Below, in pieces: positions 48,710 through 59,177 of a DNA stretch of 64,000 nt. The DNA lies in assembly GCA_964629365.1 (NCBI GenBank), contig CAZVRB010000003.1, positions 17,711-81,710 of the forward strand, given 5' to 3'. This DNA comes from an uncultured Leptospiraceae bacterium. Lineage in GTDB: Bacteria > Spirochaetota > UBA4802 > UB4802. Position numbers and translations under genes: made by a program. Position 1 is the stretch's first letter. Every line of letters begins with the position of its first letter. Under the pieces are notes generated by a model, which made no database searches, was not told where the DNA came from, and saw only the letters and a list, made by a program, of their open reading frames with translations.

Positions 48710-51115
48710 ATGGTAAGAAGGATCGAAAAGGCAGCCGTTATAGGCTCCGGTATCATGGGTGGTGGTATCGCTGCTCTTTTGGCTGATGCTGGTGTGGATA
48801 CACTGCTACTCGACATCGTTCCTTTTGATTTGAAAGATGACGAGAAGAAAGATCCTGCAGCACGGAACAGAATAGTTCAGGCCGGGTTTGATGGCATGAT
48901 GAAGGCCAAGCCTGCGCTGATAATGGACAAAAAAAATGCTGCACGAATCTCTCTCGGTAACCTGGATGATGATTTTGATAAGCTCAAAGATTGTGACCTT
49001 ATCGTTGAAGTTGTTATCGAGAATCTTAAAATCAAACAGGATCTGTTTTCAAAGATCGATAAGATCAGAAAGCCAACAGCAGTTATCACATCTAACACCT
49101 CTGGTCTTCCTTTAAAGGAAATGTCTAAACCATGCAGCGATGCATTCAAAGAGCATTTTCTTGGAACTCACTTCTTCAACCCTGTGCGATACATGCACCT
49201 TCTGGAACTTATTCCAGGCGAACAGACTAAAGAAGAAGTTCTTGATTTCATAGCTGATTTCGGTGAAAAGAGACTTGGTAAAGGTATAGTATGGGCAAAA
49301 GATACTCCTAACTTTATCGGTAACCGTATCGGTGTTCATGAAATCATGACAGTTTTCAAACTGATCGACGAATTTGATATGAGTATCACAGAAGTTGACG
49401 CGTTAATGGGTCCCTCAATGGGTCGACCAAAAACAGCGGTGTTCAAACTTTCTGACATGGTTGGTCTTGATACAATTGATCACCTTGCTGAAAACTCATA
49501 CGAACTTCTGACCAATGACGAACGTCGGGAAGCATACAAAACTCCCGAATGGTTCAACAAAATGATCGAGAACAAGTGGTATGGCGACAAAACCAAGGGT
49601 GGTTTTTACAAAAAAGAAAAAACCCCTGAAGGCAAAAGGAAAAAACTTGTTATCGATCCAAAAGCACTTGACTACAAAGAAGTCGATAAACCTGAAATCG
49701 ACATAGCCAAAGAAGCAAAGAAGAAGCCTACTGCTTCTGAAAAGATCAACACAATTGTATGGGGAAAAGGCAAGTATGCTGAATTCGCATGGAAGCTTAC
49801 CGCTATCGGTGCTATTTACGCTGCCAACAGGATCCCCGAGATCGCTGAAAACTTAACAGAAATTGACAACGCCATGACATGGGGTTACAATCTTGAGCTT
49901 GGTCCATTTCAGGCATGGGATGCCATAGGTGTTGAAAAATCTGTTGAAAGAATGGAAAAAGAAGGAATGGACGTACCTGAAAACGTCAAGAAGATGCTGG
50001 CATCAGGTGCAAAGACCTTCTACAAGATCGAAAACGGTGTTGAATCATACTATGACCTGGTTGAAGGCGGCTACAAAGAAGTACAGAAGAGTGAAAAAGC
50101 AATTTCACTTTTCAACCTTAAAGGTGCCGGAAACAAGGTTAAAGGAAACGACTCAGTTACTCTTGTTGACATCGAGGACGGTATCTTCTGTGTTGAATTC
50201 CACACAAAGATGAATGCCATCAACGGTGATATCGTTGAGTTTCTGCCGGAAGTTCTTGATTACGTAAAAGAAAACGGTATTGGTATCGTTATAGGTAATG
50301 AAGCTGGTGGAATGCCAGGCGCATTTTCCGCTGGTGGAGACCTTGGATACATGGGAAAGCTGGCAAAGGATAAGAAATGGTCAGACATTGATGCTTTTAT
50401 AAAGAATGTCCATGAAAACCTTCTGGCCGTTAGATATTCACCACTACCAGTAGTTGCAGCACCTTATGGCATGACCCTTGGCGGCGGATGTGAAGTCAGC
50501 CTGGCAGCAGACAGAATCGTTGCCCACACTGAGCTGTTTATGGGACTTGTTGAAATCGGTGCCGGTCTTCTTCCTGGCGGACTTGGAATGATGAACCTCT
50601 GGAGAAAATTTCTTGCTGGTATTCCAAAATCCGCAAACATTACTGACCTTGCCGGAATCTTCCTGCCCTGCTTTATGAACGTAGCACAGGCAAAGGTTTC
50701 CATGTCAGCAGCACAGGCCCGAACACTTGGTTATATCGGACAGTCAGATCGAATCGTTATGAACCGTGACCTTCTCATTGGCGAAGCCAAGAAAGAAGCA
50801 CTCAAGATGGTTGATGACGGGTATGCACCTCCTCTAAAAACCAAGATTAAAGTTATTGGCCGTGAAGCCCAGGGTATGGTAGAAGCCGAAATGCTTAACA
50901 TGAAAAGCGGTGGATACATTACACCACACATGGAGTTTATTGCCAAGAAGATCGCAGGCGTTCTCTCCGGTGGCGAAGTAATCCAGGGAACAGAGATCAC
51001 CGAGGAACAGTGGATGAAGCAGGAACGTGAAGCGTTCGTTGAACTCTGGAAGACAGAAAATACCCAGAAAATGGCTGAGCACATGCTCACAACTGGTAAG
51101 CCATTAATGATATAA
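48710..51115 (+). CDS. Fatty-acid oxidation multifunctional protein: N-terminal 3-hydroxyacyl-CoA dehydrogenase + C-terminal enoyl-CoA hydratase/isomerase (FadN/FadB-like)
   Basis: IGSGIMGGGIA Rossmann motif, HCDH domain, then a crotonase-fold domain. 801 aa. RBS GGAGG upstream. Noticeably higher GC and codon bias than its neighbours. Confidence 0.85.
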   Translation: MVRRIEKAAVIGSGIMGGGIAALLADAGVDTLLLDIVPFDLKDDEKKDPAARNRIVQAGFDGMMKAKPALIMDKKNAARISLGNLDDDFDKLKDCDLIVEVVIENLKIKQDLFSKIDKIRKPTAVITSNTSGLPLKEMSKPCSDAFKEHFLGTHFFNPVRYMHLLELIPGEQTKEEVLDFIADFGEKRLGKGIVWAKDTPNFIGNRIGVHEIMTVFKLIDEFDMSITEVDALMGPSMGRPKTAVFKLSDMVGLDTIDHLAENSYELLTNDERREAYKTPEWFNKMIENKWYGDKTKGGFYKKEKTPEGKRKKLVIDPKALDYKEVDKPEIDIAKEAKKKPTASEKINTIVWGKGKYAEFAWKLTAIGAIYAANRIPEIAENLTEIDNAMTWGYNLELGPFQAWDAIGVEKSVERMEKEGMDVPENVKKMLASGAKTFYKIENGVESYYDLVEGGYKEVQKSEKAISLFNLKGAGNKVKGNDSVTLVDIEDGIFCVEFHTKMNAINGDIVEFLPEVLDYVKENGIGIVIGNEAGGMPGAFSAGGDLGYMGKLAKDKKWSDIDAFIKNVHENLLAVRYSPLPVVAAPYGMTLGGGCEVSLAADRIVAHTELFMGLVEIGAGLLPGGLGMMNLWRKFLAGIPKSANITDLAGIFLPCFMNVAQAKVSMSAAQARTLGYIGQSDRIVMNRDLLIGEAKKEALKMVDDGYAPPLKTKIKVIGREAQGMVEAEMLNMKSGGYITPHMEFIAKKIAGVLSGGEVIQGTEITEEQWMKQEREAFVELWKTENTQKMAEHMLTTGKPLMI

Positions 51116-51154
51116 CAAACGCATAAATATTTTATGCAACAGGAGGAGAAATTT

Positions 51155-52366
51155 ATGAGAGATGCATATATTGTTCAGTCAGCTAGAACACCTGGTTGCC
51201 GAAGGAAAAAAGGCGCACTTGCACAGACAAGACCAGAAGCTCTTCTCGTAACTGCACTCAACGGACTGATGGAAAGATCAAAAGTTGACAAGGCAGTGGT
51301 TGAAGACATAATGATTGGTTGTGCCTTTCCCGAAGCTGAACAGGGTCTTAATATCGGACGAGTTGCAGCACTCATGGCTGGTTTCCCAATAGATACCTGT
51401 GGAGCCACAGTCAACAGGTTCTGTTCATCCGGCCTTGAAGCAATCACCATTTCCGCAATGCGCGTCATGTCAGGATGGGCTGACGTAACCATCGGTGGCG
51501 GTTTGGAATCCATGTCTATCGTACCCATGGGTGGAAACATGCCACGTCCAAATCCTGACTGGGCCAGGGAAGATGCTGATGTATACATTTCAATGGGTAT
51601 CACGGCTGAGAACGTAGCCAACAGGTACAAGATAACCCGCGAAATGCAGGATGAATTTGCTTTTCATTCACAGATGAAAGCCGTACAGGCACAGAAAAAC
51701 GGTGACTATGATGAAATAATTCCCACACCTGCTGTTAAATATGTACCGCAGGCTGATGGAACTATTGGTCAGGAAACCTTTACACAGGATTTCGACGATG
51801 GTGTACGTGATAACACCACCGCTGAAGGTCTTGGTAAACTTCGACCTGCTTTCTCAGCAATGGGTTCTGTTACCGCCGGTAACTCTTCACAGACTACTGA
51901 CGGTGCTGCTGCAACACTTATTATGAGTGAAGAAGCCTGCCGCAAATATGGTGTTACACCAATTGCAAAGGTGAAAGCATACACGGTAGCCGGTGTTGAG
52001 CCTGATGAGATGGGTGTTGGACCGGCATATGCTATACCAAAACTCATGAAGCTTGTTGGTATGGACCTGAAAGATGTTGGACTCTTCGAAATAAACGAAG
52101 CCTTCGCGTCGCAGGCCATCTACTGTGCACAGCAGTTAGGTATTGATGACAAGAAAGAATGGTCATCTGAAAGCAAAGATCGTCGTATTAACGTAAACGG
52201 TGGAGCAATCGCACTCGGTCACCCACTTGGATGTACCGGGGCAAAGCTTGCTGCACAGCTGGTAAACATGATGCAGAAAAAAGGCGTTAAATACGGTGTC
52301 GAGTCAATGTGTATCGGCGGTGGCATGGGTGCTGCTGCAATGTTTGAGCTTGTTGAAAAATGGTAA
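51155..52366 (+). CDS. fadA: Acetyl-CoA C-acyltransferase (3-ketoacyl-CoA thiolase)
   Basis: Thiolase motifs (VNRFCSSGLEA active-site Cys region, NVNGGAIALGHPLGCTGA, C-terminal CIGGGMG). ATG at 51155 follows AGGAGGAG. Confidence 0.9.
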   Translation: MRDAYIVQSARTPGCRRKKGALAQTRPEALLVTALNGLMERSKVDKAVVEDIMIGCAFPEAEQGLNIGRVAALMAGFPIDTCGATVNRFCSSGLEAITISAMRVMSGWADVTIGGGLESMSIVPMGGNMPRPNPDWAREDADVYISMGITAENVANRYKITREMQDEFAFHSQMKAVQAQKNGDYDEIIPTPAVKYVPQADGTIGQETFTQDFDDGVRDNTTAEGLGKLRPAFSAMGSVTAGNSSQTTDGAAATLIMSEEACRKYGVTPIAKVKAYTVAGVEPDEMGVGPAYAIPKLMKLVGMDLKDVGLFEINEAFASQAIYCAQQLGIDDKKEWSSESKDRRINVNGGAIALGHPLGCTGAKLAAQLVNMMQKKGVKYGVESMCIGGGMGAAAMFELVEKW

Positions 52367-52393
52367 ACTAATACCTTTTCACAATACATTAAA

Positions 52394-52425
52394 AAGGCTG
52401 TCACTTAGTGACAGCCTTTTTTTAT
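52394..52425 (+). terminator. Rho-independent terminator after the fadBA pair
   Basis: AAGGCTGTCAC-tta-GTGACAGCCTT followed by T7. Confidence 0.7.
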
Positions 52426-52525
52426 GTAAAATAAATATAAATTAACATTACCATCTTGACATTTACTTTAAATAATTATAATAATTTCTTGTATTTTTAA
52501 ATTTCATACCACAGTATACCATTGC

Positions 52526-53983
52526 ATGAATAATATAATTTCAAAAATTACCCATGTATTCAAAAAAACTTACCCTGCCGAAATAATCGCGGCAGTAGCT
52601 GTTATCGGCATTATTGACTTTTATATGTTTCCGGATACTGTTGGTTTTTTTGACAGTTATTATAATCCTTATTTCATAATAATTATTTTTTTCTCAGTTT
52701 TTTATGGAAAATTTTCCGGTTTTATTACCCTTATCACAACATTTATTATTTTTACCGCAACAGCTTTTATCTCCGATCTTGTCTATCAAACAAGTTTAAT
52801 TAATTCACTTTTGTATTCTCAATTAATACATACAAGAATACAGCAATATTTGTTTGTTTCACTACTACTTATTATAATTCTTGGTGAAATACGTGATAAC
52901 CTCGGAAACGTGATACGAAGACTGAAAGATAAAAATATTTTATATCAGAACCAGTTATCTAAGCTTAATCATGAAATAACATCCCTCACGATGGTAAACG
53001 AGGAATACCAGGACCGGATTCTTGGTCAGCAGAACTCACTAATTTCTCTTTATTCAAGTATAATTGCCCTGAATTCACTCAACCTTGAAAGCATTTATCC
53101 CAATATTCTTAACGCCATAGTAAGGTTTACCGGTGCCGAAAAATGCTCTATCTGGAAACACAACAGGGAGGAAAGCATACTTGAATTATTATCCCAACAT
53201 GGATGGGATGAACATAGTATGTCACCTGATAATTACCGGATGAGCACTGAAAGCATTACCGGCTGGGTTGTGAGAAATAATGTGAATTTTTCCATAAAGA
53301 TGCTTCAAAAATATAAAAATCTCAGGCAACTTGATAAAAAAGAGAATATTCTCACTGTGCCAATCAACATCGACAACCAGGTATGGGGAGCTATTAACAT
53401 TGAGAAGATGCCTTTCATAAAGTACAATATGTACACCGAACAGCTTTTAATGATGATTGCCGACCTCGCCGCCCCCATCATAAGAAACGCGATACGGTTT
53501 AACGAACTTACCCATCGTGGCGAAGTTCACCCTGTTACCGGTTTTCATTCTCTTGAAGAATTCTTTATTCTGCTGGAAGAAGAATTCAACCGGTCAAAAT
53601 TACAAAAAACCAACTTATCTCTTCTCATAGTTGAATTATCCAATGTAAGCGACCTCCTGGAATCACATTACCCTGATGACGTACTATTAATTTTAAAAGA
53701 AGTATCAGACCTTGTTATTCAACTTACTAAAGGTCACGCCATGATATTCCAGTACAAGGAGATGTACCAATTTGCTGCTATTCTCCCAAGTATGGATTAT
53801 GACGGTACAGCCATGTTCAGCCTTTCACTTGTTGAACACAATAGTAAAAAGCTATATTCGATTAAAGGTGATATGGTTACCCCGGAAATAATAATCGGTT
53901 ATAGCAGCCTAAGACCAAATCACGAGTCACAGGAAGACCTGGTTATGCTGGCTGATAATCTTATATTAATGCAAAAGATATAG
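52526..53983 (+). CDS. pelD: PelD-like inner-membrane c-di-GMP receptor (4 TM + GAF + degenerate GGDEF)
   Basis: About 4 N-terminal TM helices, a GAF-like region, and a C-terminal GGDEF-like domain lacking GGDEF catalytic residues. Sits directly upstream of pelF and pelG homologs. Confidence 0.7.
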   Translation: MNNIISKITHVFKKTYPAEIIAAVAVIGIIDFYMFPDTVGFFDSYYNPYFIIIIFFSVFYGKFSGFITLITTFIIFTATAFISDLVYQTSLINSLLYSQLIHTRIQQYLFVSLLLIIILGEIRDNLGNVIRRLKDKNILYQNQLSKLNHEITSLTMVNEEYQDRILGQQNSLISLYSSIIALNSLNLESIYPNILNAIVRFTGAEKCSIWKHNREESILELLSQHGWDEHSMSPDNYRMSTESITGWVVRNNVNFSIKMLQKYKNLRQLDKKENILTVPINIDNQVWGAINIEKMPFIKYNMYTEQLLMMIADLAAPIIRNAIRFNELTHRGEVHPVTGFHSLEEFFILLEEEFNRSKLQKTNLSLLIVELSNVSDLLESHYPDDVLLILKEVSDLVIQLTKGHAMIFQYKEMYQFAAILPSMDYDGTAMFSLSLVEHNSKKLYSIKGDMVTPEIIIGYSSLRPNHESQEDLVMLADNLILMQKI

Positions 53984-53986
53984 TCT

Positions 53987-54835
53987 ATGGGTATTCGCAG
54001 TAACATACTAAGTGTTTTTTTAGTTGATGATGTATCATCAACTAAATTGGATATTGAAACCTCATCGCATTTTTTCATGCACGAAGACCCTTTTGATTAC
54101 TACAGGAATGATCAACCCGCTGATCAGTATATACCCCAAACGCAACATAAATGCAGAAAAGCCTTTAAAGAAGGCCTGATTGGTATTGAGTTTTACCTGG
54201 AAATGGCAACATCTCTGCGCCCACTGGTAGATGAATCGCAAGACATTGACGAGATCACACGGTTGTTTTCACAACACAAATTGACCATGCGTCCAAATCC
54301 ACATTCAGTAAAGATACTTAGAAACATGATACAAGACCCGAGCCCGGAGATCGCATTATACGCAGCTGAAGGACTTAATTCAATAGAAAATAGTTTTATT
54401 CAAAAAATTCAGCGTGTTAAGGATCGGATTAAAAACAACAAAGGAAAATCATATATACTTAATTACATTTGCGGCTTATTATATCTTGAATTTTCTGATC
54501 TTCTTGCCGGTCAGAGAATGATTCAAAAATTCTATATCAATGAATCACTTTATCATTTGCAGCTTGCATACGATGAAAAACCTGAAAGAATTCGTATAAA
54601 ACGTGCCCTTGCGCAGATTTACATGCTGAATGAAAATTATCCCCTGGCAGTCTCTTTATTTGCCAATATTTATTCACTTCAAAATAAAGATATAAATGCA
54701 CTTTTTCAGATGGCTCATTGTTACTACATGCTACACGATATCGCGAAAGTTATTACAATCTGTAACATGATAGCAACTGTTCAGCCTGAACAGGAAGATC
54801 TTATTCAATCAGTGATTTATCAATGGATTCTATAG
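53987..54835 (+). CDS. TPR-like helical protein in PelE position (possible PelE analog)
   Basis: 282 aa, helical TPR-like C-terminal half. Position between pelD and pelF. No clear TM helices, so the assignment is tentative. Confidence 0.35.
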   Translation: MGIRSNILSVFLVDDVSSTKLDIETSSHFFMHEDPFDYYRNDQPADQYIPQTQHKCRKAFKEGLIGIEFYLEMATSLRPLVDESQDIDEITRLFSQHKLTMRPNPHSVKILRNMIQDPSPEIALYAAEGLNSIENSFIQKIQRVKDRIKNNKGKSYILNYICGLLYLEFSDLLAGQRMIQKFYINESLYHLQLAYDEKPERIRIKRALAQIYMLNENYPLAVSLFANIYSLQNKDINALFQMAHCYYMLHDIAKVITICNMIATVQPEQEDLIQSVIYQWIL

Positions 54836-56268
54836 TACTCAATACATCCGATCCTGAAAAAAAAACTATCTGCATTATTGCAGAGGGTTCGTATCCTTAT
54901 GTCACCGGTGGGGTTTCCGCCTGGATACAGGATATCATTTCGGGTTTAGATAATTATAATTTTATACTTTTTGCAATTACCGCAGACCAGGATAATACGG
55001 TAAAATATGATTTTCCCCCTAACGTTGTGCAACTTGAAAATCGAATACTTACAGAACCTGTACAAAGACCTGGCAAACGCGTAAATAATGATTTTTTTGA
55101 TCAAATCACCACATTCCATGATGAAATAATGAAGAACCAGGATTTCAACAGGCTTGAATGGATAGTGAAAACAATGCAGAAATACCGTTATAGCAATATA
55201 TCCATTCAAAAAAACACCAGAAGCTGGGAAATGACAAAAATCCTGGGAAACAAGAACAACCCCCTCTATCCATTTTCTGATTATTACTGGGCATGGCTGG
55301 CTTCACATGAATATATGCTCAAGATTCTTACCTGGGACATCCCTGTGGCAGATCTCTACCATACTATCTCAACAGGTTATGCCGGTCTTACTGCTGCCAT
55401 TGCGAAAATAATGTTCAACAAACCGGTTTTACTGACAGAACATGGTCTTTACAACAAGGAAAGGGAGATCGATATAAAAAGAGCCCGATGGGTACTTGGT
55501 TATCAACGTGATCTATGGGTAAATATTTTCAATGATCTTGGGAAAATCACCTACGATTATTCAGACCTGGTAATATCTCTTTTTGAAATGAACAGAAATA
55601 TTCAAATATCCCAGGGCGCGCAAAGGGATAAAACAATGGTAATCCCAAATGGTATTGAATTGTCACGTTACTTGGACCTGAAAATAGAATCACGTGAAAA
55701 ATTTTCAGTTGGTATTGTCGCCAGGGTTGTGCCAATAAAGGATATTAAAAACTTCATCATCGCTGCAAAAATTGTTACTGAAACTATACCCGATTCTGAA
55801 TTTTTTATAATAGGACCTGAAGATGAGGACATGGCTTATTATGATGAATGTATACAACTTGTTGCTAATTTTAAAATTGAAAAAAATATTATTTTTACCG
55901 GGAAAGCCGATGTTCGTGAATATTACTCCTTTCTAGACGTACTTGTTCTTTCCAGTATAAGGGAAGCTCAACCACTTGTAATACTTGAAGCGTATGCAGC
56001 CGGTATACCCGTGGTTTCCACCAGGGTTGGGAATGTCCCTGAGATGCTGGATTATGATGAAAAGCTTCTTGCTGATCCGAAAGATTCATTCAAGCTGGCA
56101 GATGGTATCATTACCCTCTACCAGGATGATGAATACAGGGAGTCACTGGTAGCTGCCAATCGTGAAAAGGTTATTAAGTATTACAGTAAAACTGATCTTA
56201 TTGCCACGTATGACGGACTTTACAGTAAACACATTGAAGACTTTCAAACCGAAACAGGTGTTTCCTAA
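54823..56268 (+). CDS. pelF: PelF-like GT4 glycosyltransferase with N-terminal DUF3492
   Basis: N-terminus TICIIAEGSYPYVTGGVSAWIQDIISGL parallels the PelF N-terminus (…CLLLEGTWPYVRGGVSSWVHQLI…). GT4 C-terminal domain (EAQPLVILEAYAAGIPVV). Confidence 0.85.
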   Translation: MDSIVLNTSDPEKKTICIIAEGSYPYVTGGVSAWIQDIISGLDNYNFILFAITADQDNTVKYDFPPNVVQLENRILTEPVQRPGKRVNNDFFDQITTFHDEIMKNQDFNRLEWIVKTMQKYRYSNISIQKNTRSWEMTKILGNKNNPLYPFSDYYWAWLASHEYMLKILTWDIPVADLYHTISTGYAGLTAAIAKIMFNKPVLLTEHGLYNKEREIDIKRARWVLGYQRDLWVNIFNDLGKITYDYSDLVISLFEMNRNIQISQGAQRDKTMVIPNGIELSRYLDLKIESREKFSVGIVARVVPIKDIKNFIIAAKIVTETIPDSEFFIIGPEDEDMAYYDECIQLVANFKIEKNIIFTGKADVREYYSFLDVLVLSSIREAQPLVILEAYAAGIPVVSTRVGNVPEMLDYDEKLLADPKDSFKLADGIITLYQDDEYRESLVAANREKVIKYYSKTDLIATYDGLYSKHIEDFQTETGVS

Positions 56269-56269
56269 A

Positions 56270-57646
56270 ATGGCTGGTATAGGATTTGAACTTTATAAGA
56301 TTCTTCACAAGGGTACCCTGTCCTCTATATTGAGGGCATTTTTTCTCGGTATTATTATTGTTGCCGGGCCGTGGATACTATCGGTAATCTCAATTTACCT
56401 GATACAAAAGTTTGCCTTCTCAGCCATATCAGAAAATCCAGCCCTGTTTACTGTTACCATTGTATACGTGTATGCGTTTTCACTATTTTTGTTCGGAGGT
56501 ATACATTATATATTTTCCCGATACATCGCTGATATGCTGTATATCGAAGACCACGAATCAATTCCCCCTGCCCTGATCAGCATAATTGCGGTTGTTGTAT
56601 TTCTATCATGCCTTATCACAACTACCTTTATCTATTTTAATGATTTCTCTTTCGTCAGGAATGAGATTCTCTATGCTGTTTCACTGGTATTCCTGTTTGC
56701 TGTCATTAATATATTGTGGATAATGCTTATATATGTTGCCCTCTTAAAAGAATATAATAAAATATTTTTAACTTACCTCTCTGGAACGATCATAAGCCTG
56801 CTTGGAGTATTTATTCTCGGTGACCTGTATGGAGTATCCGGGGCGCTTTTGGGATATACAACAGGTCAGTTCGCAATAATATTCATACTACTTCTAATTT
56901 CACTTAAATCGTATCCGATCAAAAGCCTTACTTTAAATATTTACATGTTTAAATATTTCTCTGAATTCAAATATCTTTTCTTTATGGGATTGTTCTTTAA
57001 CATGGCAATATGGGCAGACAAAATAATCTACTGGTTTACGGTTGGGACAAACATCCCCGGTACATATTTTTACCATTTTATTAGTTATGATATACCTGTT
57101 TTCCTGGCATATATATCGATGATACCTGGACTTGTATATTTTCTTGTTGTGTCAGAAACAAAATTTCATACTAAATATCTTGATTTCGTGAAAAACCTTC
57201 TTACCGATACAATCAAGGAAATGGATTTGAGAAAGGAGGCCATGCTCTCTGCCCTGGTTAAAGGTGCTACCGGACTTGTTCTTTTTCAGCTTGTTTGGAC
57301 AGCCGCACTTATCTTCAACATTAAGCGGGTAATAGTATTTATGGGATATCCCCAGATAAACGTTATGATAATGTCAATACTACTTATTGCTGTTTTTTTT
57401 CATATGTGTTCACTGGTTTTACAAATTTATCTTCTTTACCTTGAACTCAGAAAGGAAGCATTGCTGGCCGCGTTACTCTATTTTCTTTGTAACACGTGTT
57501 TTACTGTAACGGGTATCTTTTATTTGCCACTTGTACCGGGGATAAGCTACCTTGCCGCTTCGATGGTTAGTTCGCTCTACTGCCTGTATCATCTTTCACA
57601 AAAAGCACCGGTGATAGATTTTATTCTGTTCACCAAATCATCATAA
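56270..57646 (+). CDS. pelG: PelG-like polytopic membrane protein (MOP/PST-superfamily exporter)
   Basis: N-terminus MAGIGFELYKILHKGTLSSILRAFFLGIIIVAGPWILSVISI closely parallels PelG (MAGIGFEL…AGPWVLSIV…). About 12 TM helices. The start is moved from the ORF-track 56162 to ATG 56270, just after the pelF stop. Confidence 0.85.
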   Translation: MAGIGFELYKILHKGTLSSILRAFFLGIIIVAGPWILSVISIYLIQKFAFSAISENPALFTVTIVYVYAFSLFLFGGIHYIFSRYIADMLYIEDHESIPPALISIIAVVVFLSCLITTTFIYFNDFSFVRNEILYAVSLVFLFAVINILWIMLIYVALLKEYNKIFLTYLSGTIISLLGVFILGDLYGVSGALLGYTTGQFAIIFILLLISLKSYPIKSLTLNIYMFKYFSEFKYLFFMGLFFNMAIWADKIIYWFTVGTNIPGTYFYHFISYDIPVFLAYISMIPGLVYFLVVSETKFHTKYLDFVKNLLTDTIKEMDLRKEAMLSALVKGATGLVLFQLVWTAALIFNIKRVIVFMGYPQINVMIMSILLIAVFFHMCSLVLQIYLLYLELRKEALLAALLYFLCNTCFTVTGIFYLPLVPGISYLAASMVSSLYCLYHLSQKAPVIDFILFTKSS

Positions 57647-57649
57647 TAA

Positions 57650-58549
57650 TCATTCGAACATTGATGAACTCAACAGGTACAAGTCATCCTTTTCAATTTC
57701 TCGAAGAAATTTTTCACGCAGGTATTTATCAAGATCCGTGTCTATATTAAGGCTTTTCATGTAACCATCTTGTAAATACTGGTCATTTTCTGTAATATTT
57801 TCACCAGCAATTATTTTCGCATAAATATTAGCAAGCCCAACCACTGATACCATATTCTTATATTTAGAATCAACATGCAATGTATGATGGAAATATGCTG
57901 TATCAATCAATTCCTCCGGGAAATTCCATTGATTCAGTACATATTTTCCCACATCCTGATGATTCATTCGGAAGATGTCCTCTTCGGTTGACAGTATATT
58001 TTTTCCTTTCCCGGTTGATATTGTATTAAGAAATTCATCATATTTTTCCGGAAAATTAATCATGAGCACTATCCTGCCAATATCGTGAAGCAGACCTGCA
58101 ATAAATACCTCTTCCTTTCTATCCTCCATCTTAAGCCTTGTTGCAATTGCTCGTCCAACAAACGCGGTAAGCACTGAATGACGCCACATGGATAGTTCTG
58201 AAACTTTAGTTATAGTATTTATATTTGCCTGCGCACGAGGCCCTTTCTTCTTCCCATACAGGTTTGAAGCGCATACAAGCATCACCAGGCTTTTTATTGT
58301 CTTGAATCCCAGGAGTGTAATAGCCTGCTGAAGGTTGGTAATTTCCCTTTGCCGTGCATATAACGCAGAGTTTGCCACCTTGAGTATTTTGGCTGTCAAC
58401 GCGGGATCAAGCAGTATCAGGTTTTCGAGTTCTTTAAAACTTATCTGGAGGTTTTCTTCCTGCATCTGCAGTATTTTAGTAGCCACCTGGGGAATTATCG
58501 GTATTTCCCGTATATCAATTTTTTCTTTATCTACCATTTCAATCCACAC
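57650..58549 (-). CDS. HDOD-domain signalling protein
   Basis: …LLDPALTAKILKVANSALYARQREITNLQQAITLLGFKTIKSL… is the HDOD signature. Confidence 0.8.
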   Translation of the reverse strand: MWIEMVDKEKIDIREIPIIPQVATKILQMQEENLQISFKELENLILLDPALTAKILKVANSALYARQREITNLQQAITLLGFKTIKSLVMLVCASNLYGKKKGPRAQANINTITKVSELSMWRHSVLTAFVGRAIATRLKMEDRKEEVFIAGLLHDIGRIVLMINFPEKYDEFLNTISTGKGKNILSTEEDIFRMNHQDVGKYVLNQWNFPEELIDTAYFHHTLHVDSKYKNMVSVVGLANIYAKIIAGENITENDQYLQDGYMKSLNIDTDLDKYLREKFLREIEKDDLYLLSSSMFE

Positions 58550-58762
58550 ACACCTGATTTAATATACATATAAAACTATAATATAGTAACAAAAATTAAA
58601 GAAATAAATACAATTTTACACTATTGTATAATTCTTATATCGGTAAACCATCAATAAAAATATAATCTTTACATTATAATAAACGTCTCAAGTCATTTTG
58701 CAACTTCTTCCGATATTCAGTATATAACAGATTCATTATCGATAATTTAACAGGGGGATACA

Positions 58763-58906
58763 ATGATTCATTCAGATGTTGAAATGAAAAAATGGAAAAA
58801 GGAACAGCTCAAGTATTTCGAGAAATACATGAAATCCTTTCCAAAAGACTCAAAAGAGCATAACCTTCTCAAGAAAGGTATAAAGGACCTGGAAAGCACC
58901 ATTTAA
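58763..58906 (+). CDS. Small ORF (47 aa), hypothetical
   Basis: ATG at 58763 is preceded by CAGGGGGA. Its stop overlaps the next ATG (TAATG). Below the ORF-track size cutoff. Confidence 0.3.
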   Translation: MIHSDVEMKKWKKEQLKYFEKYMKSFPKDSKEHNLLKKGIKDLESTI

Positions 58907-59160
58907 TGTCCAGTGATATTACAAAATACGATGCGAAGATGCATCCACGATGTCGGCAGTTGGGAAGCGAGATACACTTCGGGTATTGCCGTGTAATGAA
59001 TAAAGGCCTTCCCTGCAACCAGGTTCTCAACTGCTGGTATCATCTTTTTGACATTGAGTCATTTATTGTGGAACACTACACCGAAGAAGAGATAAAGACC
59101 TTCCTCAAAGGCCAGTCCAGGCTGGCTATAATTCTTGAATCATTGAAAAAGTATTCCTGA
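58906..59160 (+). CDS. Small Cys-containing hypothetical protein (84 aa)
   Basis: Translationally coupled to the preceding small ORF. Contains C-x11-C…C-x6-C. Confidence 0.35.
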   Translation: MSSDITKYDAKMHPRCRQLGSEIHFGYCRVMNKGLPCNQVLNCWYHLFDIESFIVEHYTEEEIKTFLKGQSRLAIILESLKKYS

Positions 59161-59177
59161 AAATCCACGTGAAAACA

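Noticed and set aside
56162-56269. ORF-track start of the pelG-like gene 108 nt inside pelF
   Set aside because: The conserved PelG N-terminus (MAGIGFEL…) begins at ATG 56270, immediately after the pelF stop. The upstream extension has no similarity to PelG and would overlap pelF.
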